Assembly: GCA_965228735.1 (NCBI GenBank)
Contig: OZ245838.1
Span: forward strand, 1,120,001 to 1,184,000
DNA from: Planctomycetota bacterium
Lineage (GTDB): Bacteria; Planctomycetota; UBA1135; UBA2386
Direction of reading: 5' to 3'
Length of the DNA stretch: 64,000 bases
This document shows positions 18,020 through 30,544 of this stretch, piece after piece. The notes beneath the pieces were generated by a model. It made no database searches. It was not told the origin of the DNA and was given only the letters and a program-made list of their open reading frames with translations. The position numbers were made by a program, and so were the translations under genes. The number at the start of each line of letters is the position of its first letter. Position 1 is the stretch's first letter.

Positions 18020-19492
18020 CTACGGCGTCGTGCCGCCAGCGAGAATGCGTTCGCGCAACTGATGCAATCGGGCGACGACGTCGGGGCGCTCGAGCCACAG
18101 GTTGGTCGCCTCGCCTGGGTCGTTGTCGAGGTCGTAGAGCTGACCCGCGGGCCCGTTCGGCGACGGTTCGAGCCGGCGCGGCTTGGAGAAGCCGCCCGAA
18201 CCGAGATGCGTGACGAGCTTCCAGCGCCCCGCGCGTACGACCGCGCCGCTGGCCTTGAGCAGGGTGTGTTCACGCGTGGTTGACGCCTTCGGATCGCGCA
18301 GAACCGGCACCAGGCTGTGGCTGTCCTCGCCGGCGCCGGCTGGCAGCGGCGCGCCGGTGAGCTCGGCGCAGGTGGCCATGAGGTCGGTGAAGCAGACCGT
18401 CTGGTGGGTGGTCGAGCCAGCGGGCGCGTTCCCGGGCCAGCGCACGACGAACGGCATGCGGTGGCCGCCTTCCCACGAGTCGCTCTTCATGCCGCGCCAG
18501 GGTCCCGTCGAACTGTGGCCGAGGCGCTCGACATCCGCGGGATACCAGACCGGGCCGTTGTCCGATGTGAAGACGATCAGCGTGTCCTGCGACTGGTCGT
18601 TGCGATCGAGCGCCTGCAGCACGCGCCCGACAGCGTCGTCGACGTCCGCGACGAAGTCGCCGTACATCCCGGCGCGGCTGCGACCCTCGGAGTCTGGCTG
18701 CGGCAGCCAAGGCGTGTGCGGCGCCGCGAGCGCGAGGTAGAGGAAGAACGGTCGGTCCGGGTCGTTCTGCGCGGCGTCGTTGAGAACCGCGATGGCCTCA
18801 TCGGTGAACTTCGGCAACACCTCGGCGTGCACGAAATCCGGCGCGAGCCCGCCCGCGCGCCAGAACGCGCCCTGGATGTTCGACCACCCGGCCGTCGCGC
18901 TGGCCTCGACCTCACCGCTCGGCGGCAGCACGGGCCGGCGATCGCGGATGTAGTAGTAGGGGGGAATGTCGAGGGAGGCGTGGATCCCGAAGAAGCTGTC
19001 GAACCCGCGATCGAGCGGCCCGCCGTGAAGTTCGTTCCGGTCCTGCACCTTGGCGCCGCCGTCGAATCCGAGGTGCCACTTGCCGACCATCGCCGTGCGA
19101 TACCCGCGGTCGTTCAGCAGGCTCGCGAGCGTCACGCGATCCTTCGCGATCACGGCCTGCCGACCGGCTCGAAACGCCTTCTTGCGCGCGGGGTATCGGC
19201 CTGTCAACAAGCCGTAGCGCGACGGCACGCACCAGGCGCCGGGCGAGTGCGCGTCGACGAACCGGACCCCCTCGTTCGCCAATCGGTCGATGTGGGGCGT
19301 CGCGATCTTCGAGTCACGGTTGAAGCAGCCCGGGTCGCCAAAGCCCATGTCGTCCGCGAGGATGACGACGATGTTGGGTGGGCGGCGCGGCAACGCTGCG
19401 TGATCCTCGTCTCCGTGGCGCTCGAGGGCGCAGCTCCCCAGCGCGACGACGAACGTGAGAAGCAGTGAGCAACGGCACAACACGGGCGACAT
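18020..19492 (-). CDS. Arylsulfatase (FGly-dependent), exported
   Basis: PNIVVILADD, CVPSRYGLLTG, GKWHLG, SDNG, EGGHRMP. Confidence 0.93.
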   Translation of the reverse strand: MSPVLCRCSLLLTFVVALGSCALERHGDEDHAALPRRPPNIVVILADDMGFGDPGCFNRDSKIATPHIDRLANEGVRFVDAHSPGAWCVPSRYGLLTGRYPARKKAFRAGRQAVIAKDRVTLASLLNDRGYRTAMVGKWHLGFDGGAKVQDRNELHGGPLDRGFDSFFGIHASLDIPPYYYIRDRRPVLPPSGEVEASATAGWSNIQGAFWRAGGLAPDFVHAEVLPKFTDEAIAVLNDAAQNDPDRPFFLYLALAAPHTPWLPQPDSEGRSRAGMYGDFVADVDDAVGRVLQALDRNDQSQDTLIVFTSDNGPVWYPADVERLGHSSTGPWRGMKSDSWEGGHRMPFVVRWPGNAPAGSTTHQTVCFTDLMATCAELTGAPLPAGAGEDSHSLVPVLRDPKASTTREHTLLKASGAVVRAGRWKLVTHLGSGGFSKPRRLEPSPNGPAGQLYDLDNDPGEATNLWLERPDVVARLHQLRERILAGGTTP

Positions 19493-19527
19493 GCCATGAG
19501 CGGACCCGCGTCCGCTGCCGACATCAA

Positions 19528-19974
19528 CTACCGCGCGCTCAGCACGCCGATCTCGCCGCCCCAGACGCCGGGCTTCTCCTCCCGAATCACGAGGATCGGG
19601 ATCGTCTCGGGCTCGAGGTCGATCGTGACGAATTGCGTCTCTGGTCCGCATTGGCGCGCCGGCGCGACGATCCCGCTCCGCGTGACCGAGCGATAGCCCG
19701 TCACCGTGACGGTGAGCGAGTACGTGCCGGGCCGTTCGAAACCACCGCGATACTCACCTTCACCGATCTCGCGCATCGGCTCGGAGTAGCCGCCGTCCTC
19801 GTCGGTCAACTGGATTGCCGCGCCCTCGACGGGCGCTGCCGTGCCGACGTCGCGCAGGTCGACGATCACAGCGGGCTCTGACTCCGTGGTGCACACCGGC
19901 AGCGGTCGCGCCGAGTTGTCACAAGCAAAGAGCAGCAGCAGCGCAGTGAACGACAGAACAGCGGCAGAACGCAT
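19528..19974 (-). CDS. Lipoprotein with carboxypeptidase-regulatory-like beta-sandwich
   Basis: Lipobox LLFAC; PVEGAAI...ERPGTYSLTVTVTGY. Confidence 0.7.
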   Translation of the reverse strand: MRSAAVLSFTALLLLFACDNSARPLPVCTTESEPAVIVDLRDVGTAAPVEGAAIQLTDEDGGYSEPMREIGEGEYRGGFERPGTYSLTVTVTGYRSVTRSGIVAPARQCGPETQFVTIDLEPETIPILVIREEKPGVWGGEIGVLSAR

Positions 19975-20383
19975 CCGTGCTTTCCTCGGGAATGAATTAT
20001 CTGGACCGATTTCGATCCTCGCCTGATGGATAGTCCCGCTGCTGAGCCGCGTAACGTGGCAGCCATCGCGCCGACGTAGATCAGGCCCTGCTTCCGAGCG
20101 GGACCGCTCTCGGCAGTGGCTTGGCAACCGCTCGCGCCATCGTCACCGCTTCGAGGCCGGGATCGGAACTCCGACGTTCGAAAGTCCTCTGGCAACGTGG
20201 TTCTCATCACCCCGCGGCATCGGCGGCAACGGCAGCGAGGCCACCCGCTCCTCCCGCGCGAGCCTCCGATTCACGCACAAACCGGAAACCGTCCCGGCAC
20301 TCGTCGACACCAACGACTCGACCGCGCGCATCGTTCGCGCCGGTGACCGAAGACCACACAGCCCCAACACCCTTCCAGATCTC

Positions 20384-20767
20384 ATGCGAAATCGATTGGC
20401 ATCGCTGATCCTGGCCGTCGCGGCCGCCCTTTCCTTCGCCCATTCCGTCGTCGCACAAGGCTCGGTGGATCCGGGCTCCCGTGCATGGCAGGTCGAGGTG
20501 AACGGAGTCACCAGCGAGACGGAGGTCATGCTCTACAATCCGGATCCCAACGGCGACGGTACCTGGGGCACGTGGCACAACTTCGACGGCAACCACACCT
20601 ACGGCTACGGCGTCTACTTCTGGGATCCGTTGGAAGGCACGATCGAATACATCAACCAAAGCGACGAAGGCGGCGGCAACCAGACCGGCAAGTACCAGTG
20701 GGACGACGGCAAGTACGTGCGCGTCGAGGCTTCCCACCCAAAGGCACCGGACATCGTCCTGCACTAG
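20384..20767 (+). CDS. Small secreted hypothetical protein (Gly/aromatic-rich)
   Basis: Signal peptide ending VVA-Q; coherent high-GC3 codon usage. Confidence 0.75.
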   Translation: MRNRLASLILAVAAALSFAHSVVAQGSVDPGSRAWQVEVNGVTSETEVMLYNPDPNGDGTWGTWHNFDGNHTYGYGVYFWDPLEGTIEYINQSDEGGGNQTGKYQWDDGKYVRVEASHPKAPDIVLH

Positions 20768-20772
20768 CGCCG

Positions 20773-20932
20773 TGCGGGCCGACCTGCGCAAGAAGCGCGG
20801 GTCAGATGCATGCGCGGGATGCTCAATGGCCTGGCCAGGCCACGCCGGCTGTCGCTTGCGCCCGACCTGCGAGCATCGGCGGCGAGTGCGCCGCGGGCCC
20901 TCCTAGCTACGAGCACCCACTAGTAGCCCCAC
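20773..20932. repeat. Direct repeat copy 1 (160 bp) containing a synonymous copy of the last nrdJ codons
   Basis: Ungapped match to 21184-21343 (offset 411), 18 mismatches by manual alignment. Confidence 0.93.
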
Positions 20933-20988
20933 GGGACCGCGGCGCCCGGCTCCAACCCAACTCGCCGAAGCCGCAAAGAACGACCAAC

Positions 20989-21020
20989 CCAGCCGCCCCC
21001 AAAACTAGGGCGGCGGCTGG
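20989..21020. terminator. GC-rich stem-loop, possible intrinsic terminator
   Basis: ccagccgccccc-aaaacta-gggcggcggctgg. Confidence 0.35.
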
Positions 21021-21039
21021 CGTAGCCAGGCACGCCAAA

Positions 21040-21294
21040 GCCGCCACCGCTCGTAAGCAGGTCGGATCAGCGCGTCCCTGGGTTGGCAGGTCGTTGAGTA
21101 TCCCGCGTGTGCAGCTGGGTCGTGATTCTCGTGCGGGTCGGCTCGCAGGAACGCAGGCGAATCCGCTGATTCGGCGAGGCTCCTGCGGGCCGACCCGCGC
21201 GAGAAGCGCGGGTCAGATGCATGCGCGGGATGCTCAATGGCCTGCCCAGGCCACGCCGGATGTTGCTTGCGCCCGACCTGCGAGCATTGGCGGC
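21040..21294 (+). repeat. Long imperfect inverted repeat (hairpin) with G-U bias on the + strand
   Basis: 21085-21150 pairs with 21181-21246; outer arms pair more loosely. Confidence 0.9.
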
Positions 21295-21317
21295 GAGTGC
21301 GCCGCGGCACCCGTTCC

Positions 21318-21343
<26 letters not shown>
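21184..21343. repeat. Direct repeat copy 2, overlapping the nrdJ stop codon
   Basis: Match to 20773-20932. Confidence 0.93.
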
Positions 21344-24923
<3,580 letters not shown>

Positions 24924-25318
24924 GCTGAATCCTCCTCCAAAGAGGCGTCTCGAAGGCGGGCCTCGAGGACGGGAATGCCACGTCGTTCATCTCCGTCCTC
25001 GGCGGAGAATCAGGCGCGCCGGTGTCTCATGGCCGTCCTGAGAACGGGAGCCAAGAGACGAGCCAACCCGGTTGGCTCCAGACTGGAGGCTACCGTGACT
25101 GGAACCTACCGGAAATGGCGCACGCTGACGGAACGACGCGGGGGACCACCCGCCGCGGAGTTGTGCCTTCGAGCTGAGAGCAATCGAAACGAATCTGTTC
25201 GGACCGGAGCCTGACCGTGGCTCCGGAACCCACCGCGGGGACCGCCGCTCCGTCTCGTGGCCACGCTTGCCAAAGTCGTGACCAGGCATGGGGGAGCGAC
25301 CGCATGCGCCGTAGGGGT

Positions 25319-25365
25319 CCACTATCTATTGCGTTCTACCGGCTGCTGCAACCCAGTGGTTGGGG
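25319..25365. promoter_or_regulatory. Tandem NrdR boxes upstream of nrdJ
   Basis: CCACTATCTATTGCGT (25319-25334) matches 13/16 of acaCwAtATaTwGtgt; a weaker AACCCAGTGGTTGGGG starts 31 bp later (25350). Confidence 0.75.
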
Positions 25366-25408
25366 AAAACTCGCGTTGCTTGCGAGATCCGCGTGCCGGG
25401 CTGGTCAG

Positions 25409-26245
25409 CTACGGCTTCGCAAGCCGGGGGTACCAGGCGCGGCAATTCTGCCCGAGCACGAGGCCTCGTTCGGCCGGCGAAAGCGCCGCGAACCAGGCGT
25501 TCGCCGTGGCCCACCAGCGCTCGTACGAACTTGCCGCGAGGCACACCGGCCAGTCGCTGCCGTAGAGCAGGCGGCCCGGCCCGAAGTGCTCGAGAACGTG
25601 CTCGTACGCGGGGCGCAGTTGCTCGGGTCGCCAGGTCTGCCAGTCGGCCTCGGTGACCATCCCCGAGACCTTGCACGCGATGTTCGGCAGCGCGGCCAGG
25701 GTCGCGATGTCGCGCCGCCAGGCGTCGAGCTCGCCGCGCTTCAGCGCCGGCTTGGCGAGGTGATCGAGCACGAAGCGCTGGTTCGGATGCCGCTGCACGA
25801 GCTCGACCGCCGCCGGCAGCTGCGGCGGGAAGACGAGCACGTCGTAGGTGAGGTCGTGCGCCGTCAGCGTGCCGACACCGCGGCTGAACTCGCGGCCCCG
25901 AAGGAAATCGACCGGCTCGGCTTGGGCGATGTGACGGATGCCGACCAGCCGGTCCCGTTCGGCCCAGCGCGCGACTTCGGCAGCGGCGTCGCCGGCGCGT
26001 AGGTCGAGCCAGCCGACAACGCCGAGGATCCACGGGGCCGCCGCGGCGAGGTCGAGCAGGAACTCGTTCTCGCTGTGCGACTGCGGCGCCTGGACCGCGA
26101 TGCTGCCGTCGAGCCCGGCGGCGTCGAGCTCCGGGCGCAGGTCGGCGGGCAGGAAGTCGCGCCGCAGCGCGGCCATGTCGTCGCCAATCCAGTCGTAGGC
26201 GACGGGATCGTAGCGCCAGAAGTGCTGGTGGCTGTCGATGCGCAT
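25409..26245 (-). CDS. Amidohydrolase family, L-fucono-1,5-lactonase-like
   Basis: IDSHQHFW, VLDHLAKP, CKVSG, YGSDWPVC; pathway context. Confidence 0.85.
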   Translation of the reverse strand: MRIDSHQHFWRYDPVAYDWIGDDMAALRRDFLPADLRPELDAAGLDGSIAVQAPQSHSENEFLLDLAAAAPWILGVVGWLDLRAGDAAAEVARWAERDRLVGIRHIAQAEPVDFLRGREFSRGVGTLTAHDLTYDVLVFPPQLPAAVELVQRHPNQRFVLDHLAKPALKRGELDAWRRDIATLAALPNIACKVSGMVTEADWQTWRPEQLRPAYEHVLEHFGPGRLLYGSDWPVCLAASSYERWWATANAWFAALSPAERGLVLGQNCRAWYPRLAKP

Positions 26246-26270
26246 GGCGGCGTCCCGCGGTTCCGGAGAA

Positions 26271-27368
26271 TCAGGCGATGCGGTGCTCTGCGATCACCTC
26301 GTCGCGGATCTGCAGCCCGACGCCGGGCTCCTGCGGCAGCTCGTAGTAGCCGTCCTTGACGGTGATCGGCTCGACCCACATGTCGTTGATCGACTCGTAG
26401 CAGTTCTCGACCATGATGCAGTTGGGCGTGGCCGCGGCGAGCTGCGTGTGCAGCTTGTGCTGCACGTTGGTGTGCGGGATCACGGGCAGGTTGTAGCTCG
26501 CCGCGAGCGCCGCGACCTCGAGCCACTCGTCGATGCCGAGCAGCTTGGTCGAGTCGGCCTGCACGTAGTGCACCGCGCCGGCCGTGATGTAATCGCGGAA
26601 CGACTCGCGCGTGAAGATCGTCTCGCCGACCGCGATCGGCGTCGTGATCGCATGCGCCAGCTCGGCGTGCATCGTCACGTCCTCGGGCTTCATCGGCTCC
26701 TCGAGCCACTTGACGTTCCACTCCTGCAGCCGGCTGCCGTACTGCTTGCCCTGCGCGAGCGTCCACGCGCAGTTGACGTCCGTCATGATGTCGATGTCGT
26801 CGCCGATCGCCTTGCGGACCGCGGCGATGCGCGCCATGTCCTCGCGCGGGTCAGGGCGGCCGAGCTTGATCTTCACCGCGTCGAAGCCGCGATCGATCAG
26901 CGCCTTGGCATCCGTGATGAGCTCGTCGACGCTCCAGCTGAGCCAGCCGCCGTCCGTGCTGTAGGCCTTGACCTTGTCACGACAGGCGCCGAGGTAGCGC
27001 CAGAGTGGCTTGTCGGCGTCCTTGCAGACGAGATCCCAGAGCGCGTACTCGACGGCGGCGAGCCCGACCCGAGCGGCGCCGACCCGGCCCGTGAAGTGGT
27101 TGGTGAAGAAGCACTCCTTCGTGATCGCCTTCCGCATCGCCGGGTCCTTGCCGACGAGCACGGGCGCATAGTTCTCGTCGACGGCGACCTGCGCCGCCTT
27201 GAGCCCGGGCGTGTAGCTCCAGTTCATCCCGTAGCCCGTGATCCCGGCGTCGGTCTGCAGGACGACCTGCAGGAACTCGACGTGGGTCACGCTGCTTTGA
27301 CTGTCGGTGATCGTGCGCTGCTTGAGCGGCACGCGGAGGAGCTTGGTCTCGACGCTGGTGATCTTCAT
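26271..27368 (-). CDS. Mandelate racemase/MLE family sugar-acid dehydratase
   Basis: ALWDL, KIKLG, DVNCAW, WLEEP, PIAVGE, PGVGL. Confidence 0.88.
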   Translation of the reverse strand: MKITSVETKLLRVPLKQRTITDSQSSVTHVEFLQVVLQTDAGITGYGMNWSYTPGLKAAQVAVDENYAPVLVGKDPAMRKAITKECFFTNHFTGRVGAARVGLAAVEYALWDLVCKDADKPLWRYLGACRDKVKAYSTDGGWLSWSVDELITDAKALIDRGFDAVKIKLGRPDPREDMARIAAVRKAIGDDIDIMTDVNCAWTLAQGKQYGSRLQEWNVKWLEEPMKPEDVTMHAELAHAITTPIAVGETIFTRESFRDYITAGAVHYVQADSTKLLGIDEWLEVAALAASYNLPVIPHTNVQHKLHTQLAAATPNCIMVENCYESINDMWVEPITVKDGYYELPQEPGVGLQIRDEVIAEHRIA

Positions 27369-27376
27369 GGGTCAGT

Positions 27377-27706
27377 TCAATCCTGGTGGAACATCTCGGT
27401 CATCGCGGCCCACCATTCGCCGGCCTTGCGGTCTTCGTGGGGGATCTGCATGGGCTCCATGATGTCCCACCATTCGCGCATGCGCGGGGCCTCGGCGAGC
27501 GTCGCCAGGCGCTGCTCGTACTCCTCGGGCGGGCCGACGTACTCGTAGTAGGCGAACAGATCGCCCGCATGGTGGAAGATCGAGTAGTTGCGGATGCCGG
27601 CCGCGTGGATGGCGGCTTCGATCTCGGGCCAGATCTTCTCGTGGTACTTCGCGTATTCCTCGAGCCGCGCCGAATCGAGGCCGAGCCGGAAGCCGTGGCG
27701 TTGCAT
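27377..27706 (-). CDS. L-rhamnose/L-fucose mutarotase (RhaM family)
   Basis: EYAKYHEKIWPE...GIRNYSIF...LFAYYE..EWW. Confidence 0.88.
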   Translation of the reverse strand: MQRHGFRLGLDSARLEEYAKYHEKIWPEIEAAIHAAGIRNYSIFHHAGDLFAYYEYVGPPEEYEQRLATLAEAPRMREWWDIMEPMQIPHEDRKAGEWWAAMTEMFHQD

Positions 27707-27711
27707 CGCCG

Positions 27712-28590
27712 TCAGCTCCCGTGCTTCTCGGGATCCCAGGCGACCGCGCGCTGCGTCTGTTCGCCGAGCTCGTCGATGCCGAGGCGGACGGTGTCGCCGG
27801 GCTTCAGATACTGCGGTGGGTCGAAGCCCAGCCCGACGCCCGCCGGGGTGCCGGTGCTGATGCAGTCGCCGGGTTCGAGCGTCAGGCAGTGGCTGAGATA
27901 CGAGATCAGCTCCGCGACGCCGAACACCATGTCGTCCGTGCGGCTGTCCTGCTTGCGTTCACCGTTGACGTCGAGCCACATGCCGAGGTTCTCGGCGTTG
28001 GCCAGCGCGGTCGCGGGCGCGAACAGCGGACCGATCGGAGCGAACGTGTCGAAGCTCTTGCCCTTGACCCACTGTCCGCCGCGCTCGAGCTGCCACTCGC
28101 GTTCGCTGTAGTCGTTGTGCAACGCGTAGCCCGCGACGTGCTGCATCGCATCCGCCCTGTCGACATAGCGCGCCGTCCTGCCGATGACGACGAGCAGCTC
28201 GACCTCCCAGTCGGACTTCGTCGAGCCCTTCGGAATCACCAGGTCGTCGTTCGGCCCGCAGATCGCGGACGTCGCCTTCGTAAAGACAACTGGCTCGCTC
28301 GGCACGGCCATACCCGACTCGGCCGCGTGCTTTCGGTAGTTGAGCCCGATGCAGAACAGCTTGTGCGGGCGGCCGACGCAGGACCCGAGCCGCGCGTCGC
28401 TCGCAGCAGTGGGCAGGCGATCGAGGTTGTCCGTCACGTATCGCGTGAGCCGCGCGATGCCGTTCGTCGCGAAGAAGTCCGGGCCGAGATCGCCGTCGAA
28501 GCCGGAGCAGTCGAGGCGGCGGCCGTCCGGCAGCTCCGCGCCGGGGCGCTCCTGTCCGGCGGGGCCGAAGCGGAAGAACTTGGGATGCAT
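27712..28590 (-). CDS. Fumarylacetoacetate hydrolase family (2,4-diketo-3-deoxy-L-fuconate hydrolase-like)
   Basis: CIGLNY..HA, DWEVEL, NDYSER, KGKSFDTF, ISTGTPAGVG. Confidence 0.88.
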   Translation of the reverse strand: MHPKFFRFGPAGQERPGAELPDGRRLDCSGFDGDLGPDFFATNGIARLTRYVTDNLDRLPTAASDARLGSCVGRPHKLFCIGLNYRKHAAESGMAVPSEPVVFTKATSAICGPNDDLVIPKGSTKSDWEVELLVVIGRTARYVDRADAMQHVAGYALHNDYSEREWQLERGGQWVKGKSFDTFAPIGPLFAPATALANAENLGMWLDVNGERKQDSRTDDMVFGVAELISYLSHCLTLEPGDCISTGTPAGVGLGFDPPQYLKPGDTVRLGIDELGEQTQRAVAWDPEKHGS

Positions 28591-28600
28591 GCCGGCTACC

Positions 28601-29386
28601 TCACACGCAGAGCTTGCCGCCGTCCAGCGGGAAAGCCTGCCCCGTGACGAACCCGCTCGCGGCGCTGCAGAGGAACAGCGCCATCTGCGCGACCTCGTCC
28701 GGCGTGCCCATCCGGCCCATCGGCTGGTAGGCCGCGAGCTGGTCGAACATCTCCTGCTCCTGCCCCGGGTAGTTGGCCTTCAGATACCCGTCGACGAACG
28801 GGGTGTGGATTCGCGCCGGGCAGATGCAGTTGCAGCGCACCTTGCCCATGTAGTCGATCGCGACCGACTTGGTCATGGTGAGGACGGCGCCCTTTGTCAT
28901 CGAGTAGGCGAAGCGGTCGGCGATGCCGATCAGGCTCGCGATCGACGCGAGGTTGCAGATCACGCCCTCGCTCTGCAAGAGCAGCGGCAGCGCGTGCTTC
29001 GTCGCGAGGAAGACGCCCTTCACGTTGACCGCGTAGAGGCGGTCGAAGTCCTCCTCGGTCGTCGTCTCGACCGTTCCGACGTGCCCGATGCCGGCGTTGT
29101 TCACGAGGATGTCGAGCTTGCCCTCGGGCTCGCGCGCGAGCGTCGCGAACGCCGCTCCTACGGACTGATCGTCGGTGACATCACACGCGACGTGGACGGC
29201 ATTGCCGCCACGTTCGCGAATGGCACCGGCAGCAGCTTCGCCGGTGGCGGCATCGAGTTCGAGAACGGCAACGCGCGCACCGCGATCGGCGAACAGGTTG
29301 GCGATCGACTTGCCGATGCCGGAGCCGGCGCCGGTGATCGCGGCGGTCTTGCCGTCGAGACGGAACGAGTCGGTGGGGGTAGCCAT
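28601..29386 (-). CDS. SDR oxidoreductase (2-keto-3-deoxy-L-fuconate dehydrogenase-like)
   Basis: TGAGSGIG, NNAG, RFAYSMTKGAV, CNCICPARIHTP. Confidence 0.88.
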   Translation of the reverse strand: MATPTDSFRLDGKTAAITGAGSGIGKSIANLFADRGARVAVLELDAATGEAAAGAIRERGGNAVHVACDVTDDQSVGAAFATLAREPEGKLDILVNNAGIGHVGTVETTTEEDFDRLYAVNVKGVFLATKHALPLLLQSEGVICNLASIASLIGIADRFAYSMTKGAVLTMTKSVAIDYMGKVRCNCICPARIHTPFVDGYLKANYPGQEQEMFDQLAAYQPMGRMGTPDEVAQMALFLCSAASGFVTGQAFPLDGGKLCV

Positions 29387-29455
29387 TGGTGAGCGAGTGC
29401 TGGGGTGGAACGACGGGTCGAGCAGTAGGGGGCGGGATCGGGCGATCGAAAACGG

Positions 29456-30409
29456 TCAGGAGCCGGCGATGCCCTGGTTGGTCGCGAGTCCCTGCGGCCA
29501 GGACGCGTTCTGGATCGGGGCGAGAAGGAGCTGCACTTCGGACAGCAGATCCGGATCGGGAGCCGTGCTGACGGCCCGCACGTTGGCCTCGATCTGCGGA
29601 ACCGACGCGGTGCCGCAGATCGTCGCCGCCGGGCCCGCCAGCGTCGCCGTGTAGCCGAGCGCGAGCTCCGCCAGTTCCGTGCCGCGTTCGGCGCAGAGAG
29701 TGGCAGCCCGAGCGCACGCCGCCTTGCACGCCGCCGACGCCGGGTGCCACGCGGGCGGCCCGCCGTTGCTCAGCAGGCCCATCGCCGCGGCGGACGCGTT
29801 CAGGAGGCCAACGCCCCGATCGCGGAACTGCGGCACGAGCTCCAGGAGAGTGCCGTCGAAGAGGGTCGCGTGGCAGTAGCTCAATGCGACGTCGAGCGGA
29901 GCGTCGACCTGGAACGCCCGGCGAAAGACCTCGAGCGGCAACCCCGAGATCCCGACGTGGCCGAGCTTGCCCGTCGCCTTGAGGTCGTGGAGCGCCGGCA
30001 GCGCCGTCCCGAAGATCATGTCCAGGTCCGCGAACTCGACGTCGTGCAGGAGGAACAGATCGACCCGCTCGACCTGCAGGCGCTGCAGGCTCTCGTCGAG
30101 GCTCTGCATCAGCCGCTCCGGCCGGAAGTCGAACTCGTTCTCGCCGTAGCGTCCGGCTTTCGTCGACAGCACGAAGTCGGCGCGCGGCAGGTCGCGCAGC
30201 GCCTTCCCGAGCACGACCTCGCCGCGCGTCGCTCCGTAGTACGGCGAGGCGTCGAACAGGTTGACGCCGAGCTCGAACGCCCGGTGAACGGTCGCGATCG
30301 CCTCCGCCTCGTCGACGGCGCCGTAGACCCCGCCCAGGTTGGCAGCGCCGAGACCGAGGGCGGAGACTTCGAGGCCGGTCTCGCCGAGCTTGCGCAATTC
30401 CATGGTCAT
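29456..30409 (-). CDS. Aldo/keto reductase (L-galactose/L-fucose dehydrogenase-like)
   Basis: LGETGLEVSALGLG, DASPYYG, STKAGRYG, HDVEF. Confidence 0.85.
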   Translation of the reverse strand: MTMELRKLGETGLEVSALGLGAANLGGVYGAVDEAEAIATVHRAFELGVNLFDASPYYGATRGEVVLGKALRDLPRADFVLSTKAGRYGENEFDFRPERLMQSLDESLQRLQVERVDLFLLHDVEFADLDMIFGTALPALHDLKATGKLGHVGISGLPLEVFRRAFQVDAPLDVALSYCHATLFDGTLLELVPQFRDRGVGLLNASAAAMGLLSNGGPPAWHPASAACKAACARAATLCAERGTELAELALGYTATLAGPAATICGTASVPQIEANVRAVSTAPDPDLLSEVQLLLAPIQNASWPQGLATNQGIAGS

Positions 30410-30544
30410 GGGCGATCGGAACGCCGGCAGGTTAGGCAATCGCGGGGGCGGAAGCGAGGTCACCCGGGCCGTCGGGCCGGTGCCAGCGCGGTTTCCGTGC
30501 CGCGCACCTCAAGCCCGGATCGAAGCCCGGCCGAAGACCGATGC

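Noticed and set aside
24924..25318. Cobalamin riboswitch
   Set aside because: The conserved GGGAA and B12-box elements were not found by eye; kept only as an unknown structured leader
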